This document shows, piece by piece, positions 49,308 to 58,651 of a DNA stretch of 64,000 nucleotides (within the stretch, counting starts at the first letter, position 1; every line of letters starts with the position of its first letter). The notes beneath the pieces are model-generated. The model ran no database searches, was not told the origin of the DNA, and saw only the letters and a program-made list of their open reading frames with translations. The DNA comes from Candidatus Latescibacterota bacterium (GTDB lineage: Bacteria; Latescibacterota; UBA2968; UBA8231): NCBI GenBank assembly GCA_965200315.1, contig OZ241362.1, positions 4,256,001 through 4,320,000 of the forward strand, written 5' to 3'. A program made the translations under genes and the position numbers.

Positions 49308-49771
49308 CAGAACGCTCCTTGTGCACGTTGCACTTCTCCGGTGAATCTTGTATTACAAGGAGGAACGAAAGCATTGATCAATTCCTCCTCTATATTGTCA
49401 AGTATTTCTTTATCGACCTTAGAATAAAAAAACATTATGAAGCCACCATACATTTCGAGGAGCCGTACGACTTTGGGACGTCTGACCCGTTCTCTGGTCA
49501 AATAGTCACCAAAGCGCTTATGGAGGTTCTTCGCTTGGCCGACGTACATGAGATAAGAGCAACCTAAGTGCCCCGCAATCCTAGGTTGGATCACTAAGGA
49601 ATAAACTCCGGTAGTATGAGGCACCTTGGACTTGCTATTGTCATTTAGTACGACGTTGTGCCATTTTAAGCGTACGTTACAAGTTTTCCATTGTTTTGGC
49701 CAAAGGCAAATAGACCAAATGTGCTTTTTGTATTCGTCCTGAGATGCTACAATATCCGCAGGTGAGGCCAT
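49307..49771 (-). CDS. GIY-YIG-like nuclease
   Basis: GVY...YVGQAKNLHKRF..Y...E..LI...PPCN. Confidence 0.75.
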   Translation of the reverse strand: MASPADIVASQDEYKKHIWSICLWPKQWKTCNVRLKWHNVVLNDNSKSKVPHTTGVYSLVIQPRIAGHLGCSYLMYVGQAKNLHKRFGDYLTRERVRRPKVVRLLEMYGGFIMFFYSKVDKEILDNIEEELINAFVPPCNTRFTGEVQRAQGAF

Positions 49772-49834
49772 TAAGTCTTTTCCGGCGTTGAACTTATCAA
49801 TCTCTGGCGGTTCATTTCCTCGGGTCTTCCCGCA

Positions 49835-50683
49835 CTACAGAGCACACACCGTGCAGGGCGTGGTGTCGTCATCCTCGTCGAGGGCTTCGGAGAGTGCTTC
49901 GATCAGCGGGATGTTTGCCCGGGTCTTACTGGCGCGGGACACCGCTGCCTCGTGGCGTTTGAGAATCTCGTCTCGGCGGGACCGAAGCTCTGGGAGGGTT
50001 TCCCTTCCTGACCATGTGTACTGGCGACCACGCATAGCTTGATTTCCGAAATCGGCGTCACCGTCAATGCCAGCGTCCTGCAGCACCTTCCTTTCAATGG
50101 CGACCGCTCGCTCGAATAACTCAGGGTGGCGTTCGGCCAACCCGATCCATTCCGCCTTGCGTTGATAGAAGCAGAAGTAGCAGCCTGACCTTGTTCTCCA
50201 CTCATAGTACGCTGGGAGGCCTACGCCGGCATCCGCGAGAATCCTCATCACGCCATCGTGGTCAATTCCATCTTCGATGAACGGAAATCGGGTTTGGATA
50301 TTAGGCTTGGTGGAGATGTATCCCTTGCGGTTCGACTCATCAGCGCGAATCGCAACGTAGGAAAGTGCCGGAGCGTCACCGATCCATTCCTCGATCGGCT
50401 TAATCTTCATGTTCTTGGTGCACCATCGCATCTGAGGAGAGGGCAGCGTCCCACGGAACACCTCAAACCAGTGGTCAAAGCCACGTTGAGCGTTGAGACG
50501 GGCAATCGACTTGCCGAGGATCACTTCAAGACGGGTGAGGTACTCATAGGTTTCGGGAAGCTCGGCACCGGTGTCGCAGAAAAAGTACTCCATCTCGGGC
50601 ACCTTGTCCCGAAGGTAGATGGCGAGTGCACTGGAGTCTTTGCCGCCTGAGATGCCGCAGATGTGGCGGATGATTTCAGCCAT
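49835..50683 (-). CDS. sspD: PAPS reductase family protein, SspD/DndC-like
   Basis: SGGKDS PP-loop, RWCT, RSGCYFC, terminal CTVC; operon context. Confidence 0.75.
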   Translation of the reverse strand: MAEIIRHICGISGGKDSSALAIYLRDKVPEMEYFFCDTGAELPETYEYLTRLEVILGKSIARLNAQRGFDHWFEVFRGTLPSPQMRWCTKNMKIKPIEEWIGDAPALSYVAIRADESNRKGYISTKPNIQTRFPFIEDGIDHDGVMRILADAGVGLPAYYEWRTRSGCYFCFYQRKAEWIGLAERHPELFERAVAIERKVLQDAGIDGDADFGNQAMRGRQYTWSGRETLPELRSRRDEILKRHEAAVSRASKTRANIPLIEALSEALDEDDDTTPCTVCAL

Positions 50684-53600
50684 GCTGTGCTTTCCTTTCG
50701 ATTAAATTGACTCCCTCTCTATCGTCGCTACCGGTCAGTTCGGACAGCAGCCGTTCGCTGAGAAGGGCAAGCAATGCCTTATGAGCGCGATGCGGTGAGC
50801 CAATGCTCTGGGTCAGTTCTTTAAGGACGCTATCGAGGGCTTCGTCGGCATATTGGCGTTGATTCTGGTCAATATCGACCAAGCCGACATGTTCGTAGCC
50901 GTCTGGGCGGGTGATAGTCACGCGGAACGCGTTGAACGGGCCACCGCCATCAGCCCGGTGGTCCGCGTGGAGGGCGACGAGGCGCTGAAACGCGGCAATC
51001 TGCTGCGGAAGCTCATGGCGGAATCGTAGCAGATCGTCGTCTGTCCACTCCGCCGGTGCCTTCTTGGCCACCACTGTGGCGATGGCCTCGATCCAGTCAG
51101 TGTCGGTATCCACGCCGTTGTTGGCCAAGGTGAGGACGAACGCCCGAACCGTAGGATTAAGGACTTCGTTCTCAAGGGCAGCAGCTTGGCCAGTGATTGC
51201 TAGGCGATTAGTCTCTGCACTTGTCTCAAGGAGAAAGTCGAAGAGATCGTTGAGGAGTTGATCGTAACATCCGGCGAGTTCGTTTAGTACAGCACCGATT
51301 TTCCCTGCGTAAGCGTCGGCCTTCTCATAGGTTTTCTTGTCGGCAGGGATGGGCTGAAATCCGAGGGCCTTCGGCAGGCTATCGAAGAGCAGTTCGTCTG
51401 GTTCTACCGCAGCTATAAGGGTATCCCGCGCTTTCAGCGTGGTGGACGTGAGGTTGCTGGTAAGTAGAGTATAGTTGTCGAGAGTCCTCATCTGAGAAAC
51501 TAGATGACCGACAATGGATAGGACATTTGTGACCCGGTGCTTGCGGAACCCCGGCCTCACTCCGAGGTGTGCGGCAATAGCATCGATGACTTGCCGACGG
51601 GCACCAGTGGTGTTGGCGAAGTGCTTGATGTCGAAGTGACTAGGGTTGCGAACCATTCGTTCCGACAAGTCGGGAGTAAGAAGCGGCTTGAAGGTACCGT
51701 GCTCATAAATGGCAATCTCGTCTCTGAAAGCAAGCAGTGCCGCCGTGCCAAATACCGGGATGACTGCGGCCTTCATTCCGACCGGAGGTGAGAGCAGTGC
51801 GGCATAGACATCGCGGAGGTTGATGCGGCGGATTTTGGCTCGTTTGAATTCGTCGTTGAGGATTTCCCAAGCCGGCTGTAGAGAGTGATCGGTAGGCCTG
51901 CGAAAAACCATGGTGTCGTTTCGGACATCGCGGGCGTGGAGCCCGGTCCGTTCCAAGAACGCCCGATACATGGCCACTTCCGGCCCATAGCCATCAAACC
52001 CGAGTCCCGGACTGGTACCACGCTCGATCATGGCCTCGAGCAAGAGACGCCGGGCTTTGGAACCTTGGGTGGTGGGATTGGTACGGTTGAGCATTTCATT
52101 GCAAATCGTCGGCGTGGATGGGTACGCAAGATCGGCCGCCGCTGACAGCGCGGTGCTACCCCGACCGGTGGGCAGTGGGGTTTCACCGGAGGCGTCGAGC
52201 AAGATCCATCGACATGAGTCAGTGCTGAACGTGGTGCTAATGGCGTGTTCAAGTGCGACTCGCGCCTGCGCTAGCCGCTCTCCCAACTCACGGCGGGCTA
52301 CCCAATCAGTTTCGACGACCGGATGCTCCAGAACGGCGGTGACGGCCGCAACTTCCCGAGCGGCCCGGTCGAGTTCGGTCACTTCGTTCGGAATTGCGGC
52401 CACAACCGGTTTGACTGTAGCCGCTGACTGAACCAAGCTCGGTACTGTCCGGTCTGAGCTGATAACGAGCAGAACCTCGCCATCATACGGGGAGAATGCG
52501 TCGAGTGGTTCGACATGCTCACTACCGCCGGCATAGCGCCTAGCAAATACTCGGAGTACGTCGTGTTCTGCACTGTGTCGCGCCGCTACTACGGGTGGAG
52601 GCTGCTCCATGGCCGCTAGGATCTCGACGAGTGGTTGCCTTTGCCCTCGTTCATGGGCCGCGTCAAGGAGATGGCGGATGTCGACATCGGTTCCTTGCCA
52701 GACCCGGTACTCGTCGGCAAAGTCCCGATAGGTGATAACACCGGCTTTCTCAAGGTCAACCAGATCGTCATTCACGTCAGGATCGATGAGGGCGAGTATT
52801 TGACGCGATGCTCGAATCGTTCCAGTCGTCGCCACTAGATTGAGTAGGGCGATGGACTTGACTAGTCGCACCTGTCGTTTTGAGAGACCGTGAATGTCGC
52901 GGATTCGGGTGGCGATCTCAGTCCATCGACTCGACTGGCCGGCAGATAGGACTGCTAATGCACCTCTATCGACAAAATAGTCGAAGATAGCCTCAAGGCC
53001 CAAAGAAGGAAGGGAGCCGCGGCCCGGTAGCTTAGTGGTTGCAAGGAAGGACGCTGCGCTCGCCGGATCAGAGCTAGTTAGGAATGAGAACAACGTCCGT
53101 TCGTGCTGTCCATACCGGTTGCATAGCTCGGGTAATACCATCGCAGCTATGGGGTGCAGTGGGTAGCAAGCAGTTATGACCTCTGGGTCTGCAAGGTCCA
53201 CGATACCAAGTGAACGCATCGTCTTGGCGTGGCCTTGAGCCCAATGAGCAATCCGGTCCCGCAGTTTATCGTCGCCAACCTCAAACACAGTCCCAATTAG
53301 GGATCGTGCTTGGTTGGCCGATTCGACATAAGAGATGTTCTCAAAGCGGCCTTGCACCTTGGCCCATTCACGGTGCTGCGGACCGTCGGTCCCTGTTAGA
53401 TAGTCCTCAAATGACAGATGCTGCAAAGTCAGCATGAAGATGGGTAATCCTGAGCCTTGGCCCGCCTCCGCGATCTGTTGTAACAGATAGGGATCGGCGT
53501 CGTTGCCACCCCGGATCGCTTCGAGGTTCTTGCCAAACTCATCAATGACTAGTAGCAGCGGCGCATCCTCTGCCAAGCACCGAGCGATCTCGACTATCGC

Positions 53601-54146
53601 AGCCGGGGACGGCCCGGTGCGGCGGGGATCATCTGTCGCTGCATCTTCAAGAGCCCCTCTCAGTGTCTTGGCCGCTTGGAACCTGCTGGTGGGAGGAATT
53701 TTGCCGTAGCTACGGAGTACAGCCGCGTGGAGTGCCCGGAGTACGGTGTGGCTGAGTGGTTCACGGTTCGCGGTAACTAGACCACGATAGAATCCCATGT
53801 CTTGGGTCTGGTGGCGTTGGTGAGTCTGTCGGACCAACGCGCCCACCGTCGAAGAAACCTCGTCAATAAGATCCCAAGCGACCGCTCGTGTCGGCGTGGC
53901 TGGACCTAGGGCGGCGTCGAGCAACAAAGCGAGCGACGATTTACCCGAGCCGTAGGGTCCAATCAGTGACCATGCTCCTCCTGATGGTCCCGTCACAGCA
54001 GTCGCGGTTATGCGCTCCACCACATCAAGAGTGCGCATCGTAACGATGTATCCGTTGAGCGGCTCGAATCGATTGACGTCACGTTCGAGGTTTGCTGAGC
54101 GAGCGAAGCGGCCGCGGACGGAGAAATAGTCTGCAAGGACGGCCAT
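50676..54146 (-). CDS. sspC: Large P-loop ATPase, SspC-like (BrxC-related)
   Basis: RSANLERD, GPYGSGKS, IDEFGK, EWAKVQGRF, YPLHP, QHERTLFSFL. Confidence 0.72.
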   Translation of the reverse strand: MAVLADYFSVRGRFARSANLERDVNRFEPLNGYIVTMRTLDVVERITATAVTGPSGGAWSLIGPYGSGKSSLALLLDAALGPATPTRAVAWDLIDEVSSTVGALVRQTHQRHQTQDMGFYRGLVTANREPLSHTVLRALHAAVLRSYGKIPPTSRFQAAKTLRGALEDAATDDPRRTGPSPAAIVEIARCLAEDAPLLLVIDEFGKNLEAIRGGNDADPYLLQQIAEAGQGSGLPIFMLTLQHLSFEDYLTGTDGPQHREWAKVQGRFENISYVESANQARSLIGTVFEVGDDKLRDRIAHWAQGHAKTMRSLGIVDLADPEVITACYPLHPIAAMVLPELCNRYGQHERTLFSFLTSSDPASAASFLATTKLPGRGSLPSLGLEAIFDYFVDRGALAVLSAGQSSRWTEIATRIRDIHGLSKRQVRLVKSIALLNLVATTGTIRASRQILALIDPDVNDDLVDLEKAGVITYRDFADEYRVWQGTDVDIRHLLDAAHERGQRQPLVEILAAMEQPPPVVAARHSAEHDVLRVFARRYAGGSEHVEPLDAFSPYDGEVLLVISSDRTVPSLVQSAATVKPVVAAIPNEVTELDRAAREVAAVTAVLEHPVVETDWVARRELGERLAQARVALEHAISTTFSTDSCRWILLDASGETPLPTGRGSTALSAAADLAYPSTPTICNEMLNRTNPTTQGSKARRLLLEAMIERGTSPGLGFDGYGPEVAMYRAFLERTGLHARDVRNDTMVFRRPTDHSLQPAWEILNDEFKRAKIRRINLRDVYAALLSPPVGMKAAVIPVFGTAALLAFRDEIAIYEHGTFKPLLTPDLSERMVRNPSHFDIKHFANTTGARRQVIDAIAAHLGVRPGFRKHRVTNVLSIVGHLVSQMRTLDNYTLLTSNLTSTTLKARDTLIAAVEPDELLFDSLPKALGFQPIPADKKTYEKADAYAGKIGAVLNELAGCYDQLLNDLFDFLLETSAETNRLAITGQAAALENEVLNPTVRAFVLTLANNGVDTDTDWIEAIATVVAKKAPAEWTDDDLLRFRHELPQQIAAFQRLVALHADHRADGGGPFNAFRVTITRPDGYEHVGLVDIDQNQRQYADEALDSVLKELTQSIGSPHRAHKALLALLSERLLSELTGSDDREGVNLIERKAQHG

Positions 54147-55141
54147 CACTGACTCCCCACCAACGGTGCTGCTGTCGGCCTTTTACTCTTATGATCGACT
54201 CGAATGTCGGATGTCGGAAATCCGTAGTAATGGTTGAGGACTTCGGTGGCGACCTCGCTGGGATCTCTTGACCATGAAAGCTGGGATGCTCCTGTAGTGC
54301 TAACTAGCCTGAGCGCGTCTGTTTCATCAATGGTCGGTTCGATGGCTGCGAGAATTTCACCTTCGGTAAGTTTGAAAGCCTTTCCGGGGGCACCTAACTC
54401 ATAAGCAAGGCGACTGAGCATGATCGTGTTCCCCCCGGTGTTGGTACGGGTGATATAGTCTAATACAGAGTAGGTCAATATGGCCGATGGCAGAGTAGGC
54501 TTCGCCCCCAGTGTGAACCGGTATTGACCCGCTGCGGACGAGCGTCCAATCAGATTCAGTTCCCGGAGAGGACAATCCAAGAGGTCGTCAATCCCACTAC
54601 TCCCCGACCTTTCCGCCGGTGCATAGGTGCGCAACAGAACGCTGATGTCCTTCCTGACGGAGGACGGATGAGGCTTAGGCCACTCGGCAATGGCTTCGAG
54701 TTGCGTGGTGATCACCATCTCGAGGTCGTCGTCAGTGAACTCAACGGCGTGAAATTCGTTGAAGGCGAGCCACCACACCGGCAGCCGGGAGGGAGGCGCC
54801 AACAACAACCAATGCAGCAGCCATAGAGTCCCCGGGTCCTCCATATACCGATCCCATCCAGAGTCTCCGAAGAGGGTCTCGCCCAAGATAGTCGGGACCA
54901 GATCGGGAGTCCGGCGGTTGGGAAACTGTGGATCCACTTCGATCAGCTTGGACGCGAGTCCCCAAAAGCGAATCGCTCGGACCATATTCTTGCCAACCCC
55001 AATCTGTACCGGGGCGTCCTCTTGGATGAAGATGCGAGGGGCTTCGGCTACGAAGGTATATGCCTTCCGAAACCATCCGTATCGGGGGTGGAACGTCTCA
55101 TGCCGAGCAAAGATCGGCTCGGCCGCTTCGACTATGCGCAT
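54146..55141 (-). CDS. sspB: DUF4007 family protein, SspB-like
   Basis: FARHETFHPRYGW, GVGKNMVRAIRFW, DRYMEDPGTLWLLHW. Confidence 0.78.
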   Translation of the reverse strand: MRIVEAAEPIFARHETFHPRYGWFRKAYTFVAEAPRIFIQEDAPVQIGVGKNMVRAIRFWGLASKLIEVDPQFPNRRTPDLVPTILGETLFGDSGWDRYMEDPGTLWLLHWLLLAPPSRLPVWWLAFNEFHAVEFTDDDLEMVITTQLEAIAEWPKPHPSSVRKDISVLLRTYAPAERSGSSGIDDLLDCPLRELNLIGRSSAAGQYRFTLGAKPTLPSAILTYSVLDYITRTNTGGNTIMLSRLAYELGAPGKAFKLTEGEILAAIEPTIDETDALRLVSTTGASQLSWSRDPSEVATEVLNHYYGFPTSDIRVDHKSKRPTAAPLVGSQ

Positions 55142-56308
55142 CTATACCCCTTCCTTTTCCTTGGTCATAGCTCGAACGTACTCAACGGCTGCTATAGTTC
55201 TCTCTACAGCGAGCTCAATGTCCTCCTGTGTGGTGAAACGGCCCAAGCTGAACCTAATCGACTCGAACGCTGCATCACGTGGGATACCCATGGCGAGGAG
55301 AACCTCAGAGGGTTCGATCGAGCCGAAGTTGCAAGCGCTACCCATCGACACCGCAACAGGGTCCATGTTGGTTATGACCGCCTCCGCATCGGCACTCTCG
55401 AAGCGAACATTGGCCGTATTCGGGAGTCTTCGGGTGGTGTCTCCGATGTCGTAAACGCCGGAGAGTCCCGATTTCAAGGCAGAGATCAGGTGCTCGCGGA
55501 GCGTCGCGACCCGTGCTGACTCAAGGATGCGTTCCTTAGTAGCGATGTCGGCGGCAGCCCCGAACCCGAGGATGCCAGCGACATTCAACGAACCCGACCG
55601 CAGCCCTCGTTCGTGCCCGCCGCCGTGGATGATCGGGCGCAATCGTTTCAGGCTATGGCGGGTTCCGACGAGAGCCCCGACACCGGTCGGGCCACAGATC
55701 TTGTGGCTACTTATCGACACGAAATCGGCCCCAACCTGATCGATGTCGAATAGCAGCCGGCCCACCAACTGCGTGGCGTCACAGTGGAACAATGCGCCGG
55801 CTGCATGCACCTGCTCGGAAATCTCCTCTAACGGGTTCAGCACACCGGTCTCGCTGTTTGCCGCCATTACTGACACTAGCAGCATGTCAGTGCCGACAAG
55901 AGCTTCCATTGCATGAGGATCGACGAATCCTCCGTTAGTCACGGGTATAATATCCAGATTTGCCAATTTCTGATCTCTGAGCCACCGTGCGGTCTGACAG
56001 ACTGAAGCATGCTCGACTGCGGAGATCGCGATTCTCGACCGGTCGGTTGGCGCGTCTTCCACCGCCCCTCGTAGTGCCAGATTGTTAGCTTCGGTTGCAC
56101 CCGACGTGAACACCACATTCGATGGGTGGCCGCCGACCATGGCCGCGATGTGCTCACGTGCTTCATCAACTGCGGCGGCTTGGCGGCGGCCAAAGCGGTG
56201 CATAGAGGCTGCATTCCCGACTCTCTCAGTAAGGGCTGGTACCATGACCTCAGCGACACGAGGGTCAAGTGGGGTTGAGCCGTTGTAGTCGAGGTAAACC
56301 TCTCTCAC
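55142..56308 (-). CDS. Cysteine desulfurase (IscS/DndA/SspA-like)
   Basis: YLDYNGSTP, FTSGATE, SSHK (PLP Lys), GSAC; GTG 56308 after AAGGAAGG. Confidence 0.9.
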   Translation of the reverse strand: MREVYLDYNGSTPLDPRVAEVMVPALTERVGNAASMHRFGRRQAAAVDEAREHIAAMVGGHPSNVVFTSGATEANNLALRGAVEDAPTDRSRIAISAVEHASVCQTARWLRDQKLANLDIIPVTNGGFVDPHAMEALVGTDMLLVSVMAANSETGVLNPLEEISEQVHAAGALFHCDATQLVGRLLFDIDQVGADFVSISSHKICGPTGVGALVGTRHSLKRLRPIIHGGGHERGLRSGSLNVAGILGFGAAADIATKERILESARVATLREHLISALKSGLSGVYDIGDTTRRLPNTANVRFESADAEAVITNMDPVAVSMGSACNFGSIEPSEVLLAMGIPRDAAFESIRFSLGRFTTQEDIELAVERTIAAVEYVRAMTKEKEGV

Positions 56309-56385
56309 GACGCCTTCCTTTCCGTTTTGTGCTTGGAACGCGAGCCAACTCCCCTTGGCTACCGCCAAAGTATCAAGACCCAGCT

Positions 56386-56694
56386 TTATAATGTAAAGCT
56401 AATATACAGACTACTGATAATGCGCCGCCCTATCTCCGACGGTGCATTTCGAGCCAAAGGGTCATGGCTAGCGGCTAAAGGCGACCACACATAGCGGTTG
56501 AGTACCCGGTGATAGGTCTGAAAGGTCGGCTGCTGACTCAAGCCCAACACCGCCAACACCGCACGGACCGTGCGTTTACCCGGTTCTAACAGGGGCCCAA
56601 CCAACAGTAGCTGATCCTGTGGCCAAACGCGGCGAGAAAAAACAGGGGCAAACGGCGACAAAATCTTTATTATCTTGTTGGGCAGAGGGCGCAT
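56386..56694 (-). mobile_element. IS701-family transposase N-terminal remnant
   Basis: FAPVFSRRVW...PGKRTV...YHRVLNRYVWS; truncated. Confidence 0.65.
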
Positions 56695-56780
56695 CGGTTC
56701 CTTCTAGGCGGTCGATGCTTGGATACCATCAACAGTACGGACCATACCGGCCTCCTGCTACATCTTTGGATAAAGTCGGG

Positions 56781-56808
56781 CTCAGAGTCAAGGTCGGGAT
56801 GCTCGGCC
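56781..56808 (+). repeat. 28-bp direct repeat (27/28) of DUF433 gene internal sequence at 58457-58484
   Basis: CTCAGA(G/T)TCAAGGTCGGGATGCTCGGCC on both sides of the DUF445 gene. Confidence 0.8.
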
Positions 56809-56827
56809 TTTAGGACGCAGCAGCCGA

Positions 56828-58363
56828 TCAATGTAAGCTGGCGATAAAGGCATTGAGAAACGGCAAGAGCACACCAACCAATCCCCCCAGTACCGCCCCC
56901 AGCAAATTGATATAGCGCAGTTGGTCGCTGATGATACTTTTGATCAGTTGCTCCACTCGCAACAGATCGAACTTCATAATGTTGGCGTACACCATGCTTT
57001 GAATGTCGAATCGTTCAATCAGTGCGGGTACTTGCGTCTCCATGATTTTTGTCGCTTTGTCCTGCGCCCACTGCACTAGTGCTTTCTCGTCATCGCGTCT
57101 CAGGCCGGTCCACTCCCGCAACGGTGTGCGACTGTGCTGTAGGCGTTCCCGCAAGAAAGTGCTCAACTGTACACTCCAAGGTTCAATTTTGTCGCTGGGC
57201 AGTTGCAAAGCCTTTGACAGGCGCTGGCGCATGGTGCGCTTCACCTTCTTTGGGAGCATCTCGTCGAGTTGACGCTTGTGGTGCTGGTGGTACTGATGGC
57301 GCAAAAAGCTCCCTAGTGCGTCTTGGGCCTCGGTGCTCGAAATCCAAGTCGCGGCAATAGAGCCGACGCGCTGGGCCAAAACATGGCGATGCTCTCCCAC
57401 CACTTCTGCCACCGGCTTGCGCAACAAGTCGTTGACGCTGTCGATTAGCTGGTTAGCGAACTTCTCGCGCACTTCCTCGCTGTGCAAAAACTCTCGGGCC
57501 AACTGGGGAATGCGCTGGCGCAATGCTTGGGTAATCTCTTCCCGAAAAAAGTGTAATCCCAAGCTGGCAATCAGGCTCTTGAGCCAATTCGCTTGGCCGG
57601 AGTACGCTTCAAGAGCTTTCAAAATTCGCTCGACTAGAGACTCTACATTTTCCGGGTCTCTCAGCCAGCGGGCTATGCGCACGAGGATTTCCGGGATTTC
57701 GCGCTGCAAACGGTCATGTAATACGTCGCGCAATTCCGCCGGGACGATTTTCTCTAGCGGCGTATCCGATCCGAGATAGCCCTCCAACCGCTCCTGCAGG
57801 ATGCGAGTCAAGTGCTCTCGCGTTTCCCGCTTGGCCAGTACGCCGCTGGCCATGTCGATGAATTCGTCGAGCTGCTTTGCCGATAGCACCTGTCCGACTT
57901 GCAGTGCGCCCAAGCGCGCTTCGAGGGCGTCTAAAAGCCACCGCTTCGACTCCAGTCCGGCCTTGCTTTCGCTCCAGTCGGCGATCCATTCGAGCAGCCG
58001 GCGCGTTGCTTTGTCTAGGCCAGCGCCGCGCCAGTCCGGTGGCAGTTGGGCAAAGCCAGAGGCCAAGCTGGTACTTAACAACCGATTTATCTGAGCGGCA
58101 ACCCAGCAATGCAAACTCTTCTGAAGAGTCGCGTTCTGTAGCTGCTCTAACAAGTAGTCTCTGGCCAACAAATCGGTCCCCACAACCTTGGAGATATTGC
58201 TGGCTAGTTTCTCCTTATTGCGCGGAATAACCCCTTGCCAGCCTAGGCTGTACCAGCGCGGTCGCAGCGGACGGAACAGGGACTTGATGGCCATCCAATT
58301 GGTGCCAAAACCGATGAGTGCCCCCAGCGCAGCACTGGCGACGATTTGGATTATAGTGATCAA
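56828..58363 (-). CDS. DUF445 family membrane-anchored protein
   Basis: IGFGTNWMAIKSLFRP, GVIP; C-terminal LRYINLLGAVLGGLVG. Confidence 0.85.
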   Translation of the reverse strand: MITIIQIVASAALGALIGFGTNWMAIKSLFRPLRPRWYSLGWQGVIPRNKEKLASNISKVVGTDLLARDYLLEQLQNATLQKSLHCWVAAQINRLLSTSLASGFAQLPPDWRGAGLDKATRRLLEWIADWSESKAGLESKRWLLDALEARLGALQVGQVLSAKQLDEFIDMASGVLAKRETREHLTRILQERLEGYLGSDTPLEKIVPAELRDVLHDRLQREIPEILVRIARWLRDPENVESLVERILKALEAYSGQANWLKSLIASLGLHFFREEITQALRQRIPQLAREFLHSEEVREKFANQLIDSVNDLLRKPVAEVVGEHRHVLAQRVGSIAATWISSTEAQDALGSFLRHQYHQHHKRQLDEMLPKKVKRTMRQRLSKALQLPSDKIEPWSVQLSTFLRERLQHSRTPLREWTGLRRDDEKALVQWAQDKATKIMETQVPALIERFDIQSMVYANIMKFDLLRVEQLIKSIISDQLRYINLLGAVLGGLVGVLLPFLNAFIASLH

Positions 58364-58393
58364 TGGTGGAGATAGGAGCGTCGAGCCAAAGGA

Positions 58394-58618
58394 TCATGCA
58401 GCGAGAACTGGATGATTCAGCCGTTCACTGGCAAAGCGCAGACAGGCGCGAATATCCTCAGATTCAAGGTCGGGATGCTCGGCCAAAATCTGTTTAGTAG
58501 TCAAGTCGGCGGCGAGCAAATCCAGTACATCCGTGACGCGAATCCGCATCCCCCGAATACAAGGACGTCCCCCACATTGCTTGGGATTTACCGTGATGCG
58601 ATCGGCTAGAATAGCCAT
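58394..58618 (-). CDS. DUF433 family protein (orphan antitoxin-like)
   Basis: RITVNP..CGGRPCIRGMRIRV...EDIRACL. Confidence 0.88.
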   Translation of the reverse strand: MAILADRITVNPKQCGGRPCIRGMRIRVTDVLDLLAADLTTKQILAEHPDLESEDIRACLRFASERLNHPVLAA

Positions 58619-58651
58619 AGCGGTCCTTTCTTACACAGTTCTATTTCAAGT

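Noticed and set aside
49835-55141. BREX type 4 assignment
   Set aside because: DUF4007, ATPase and PAPS reductase also occur in BREX-4, but no PglZ or BrxL is present and a dedicated cysteine desulfurase leads the operon.
47994-56308. Canonical dndABCDE cluster
   Set aside because: No SMC-like DndD or small DndE; the PAPS reductase is short (282 aa) and is preceded by DUF4007 and an SspC-like ATPase.
43506-56390. Integrase or att-site pair delimiting the Ssp island
   Set aside because: No recombinase gene and no direct repeat matching both ends was found by eye.
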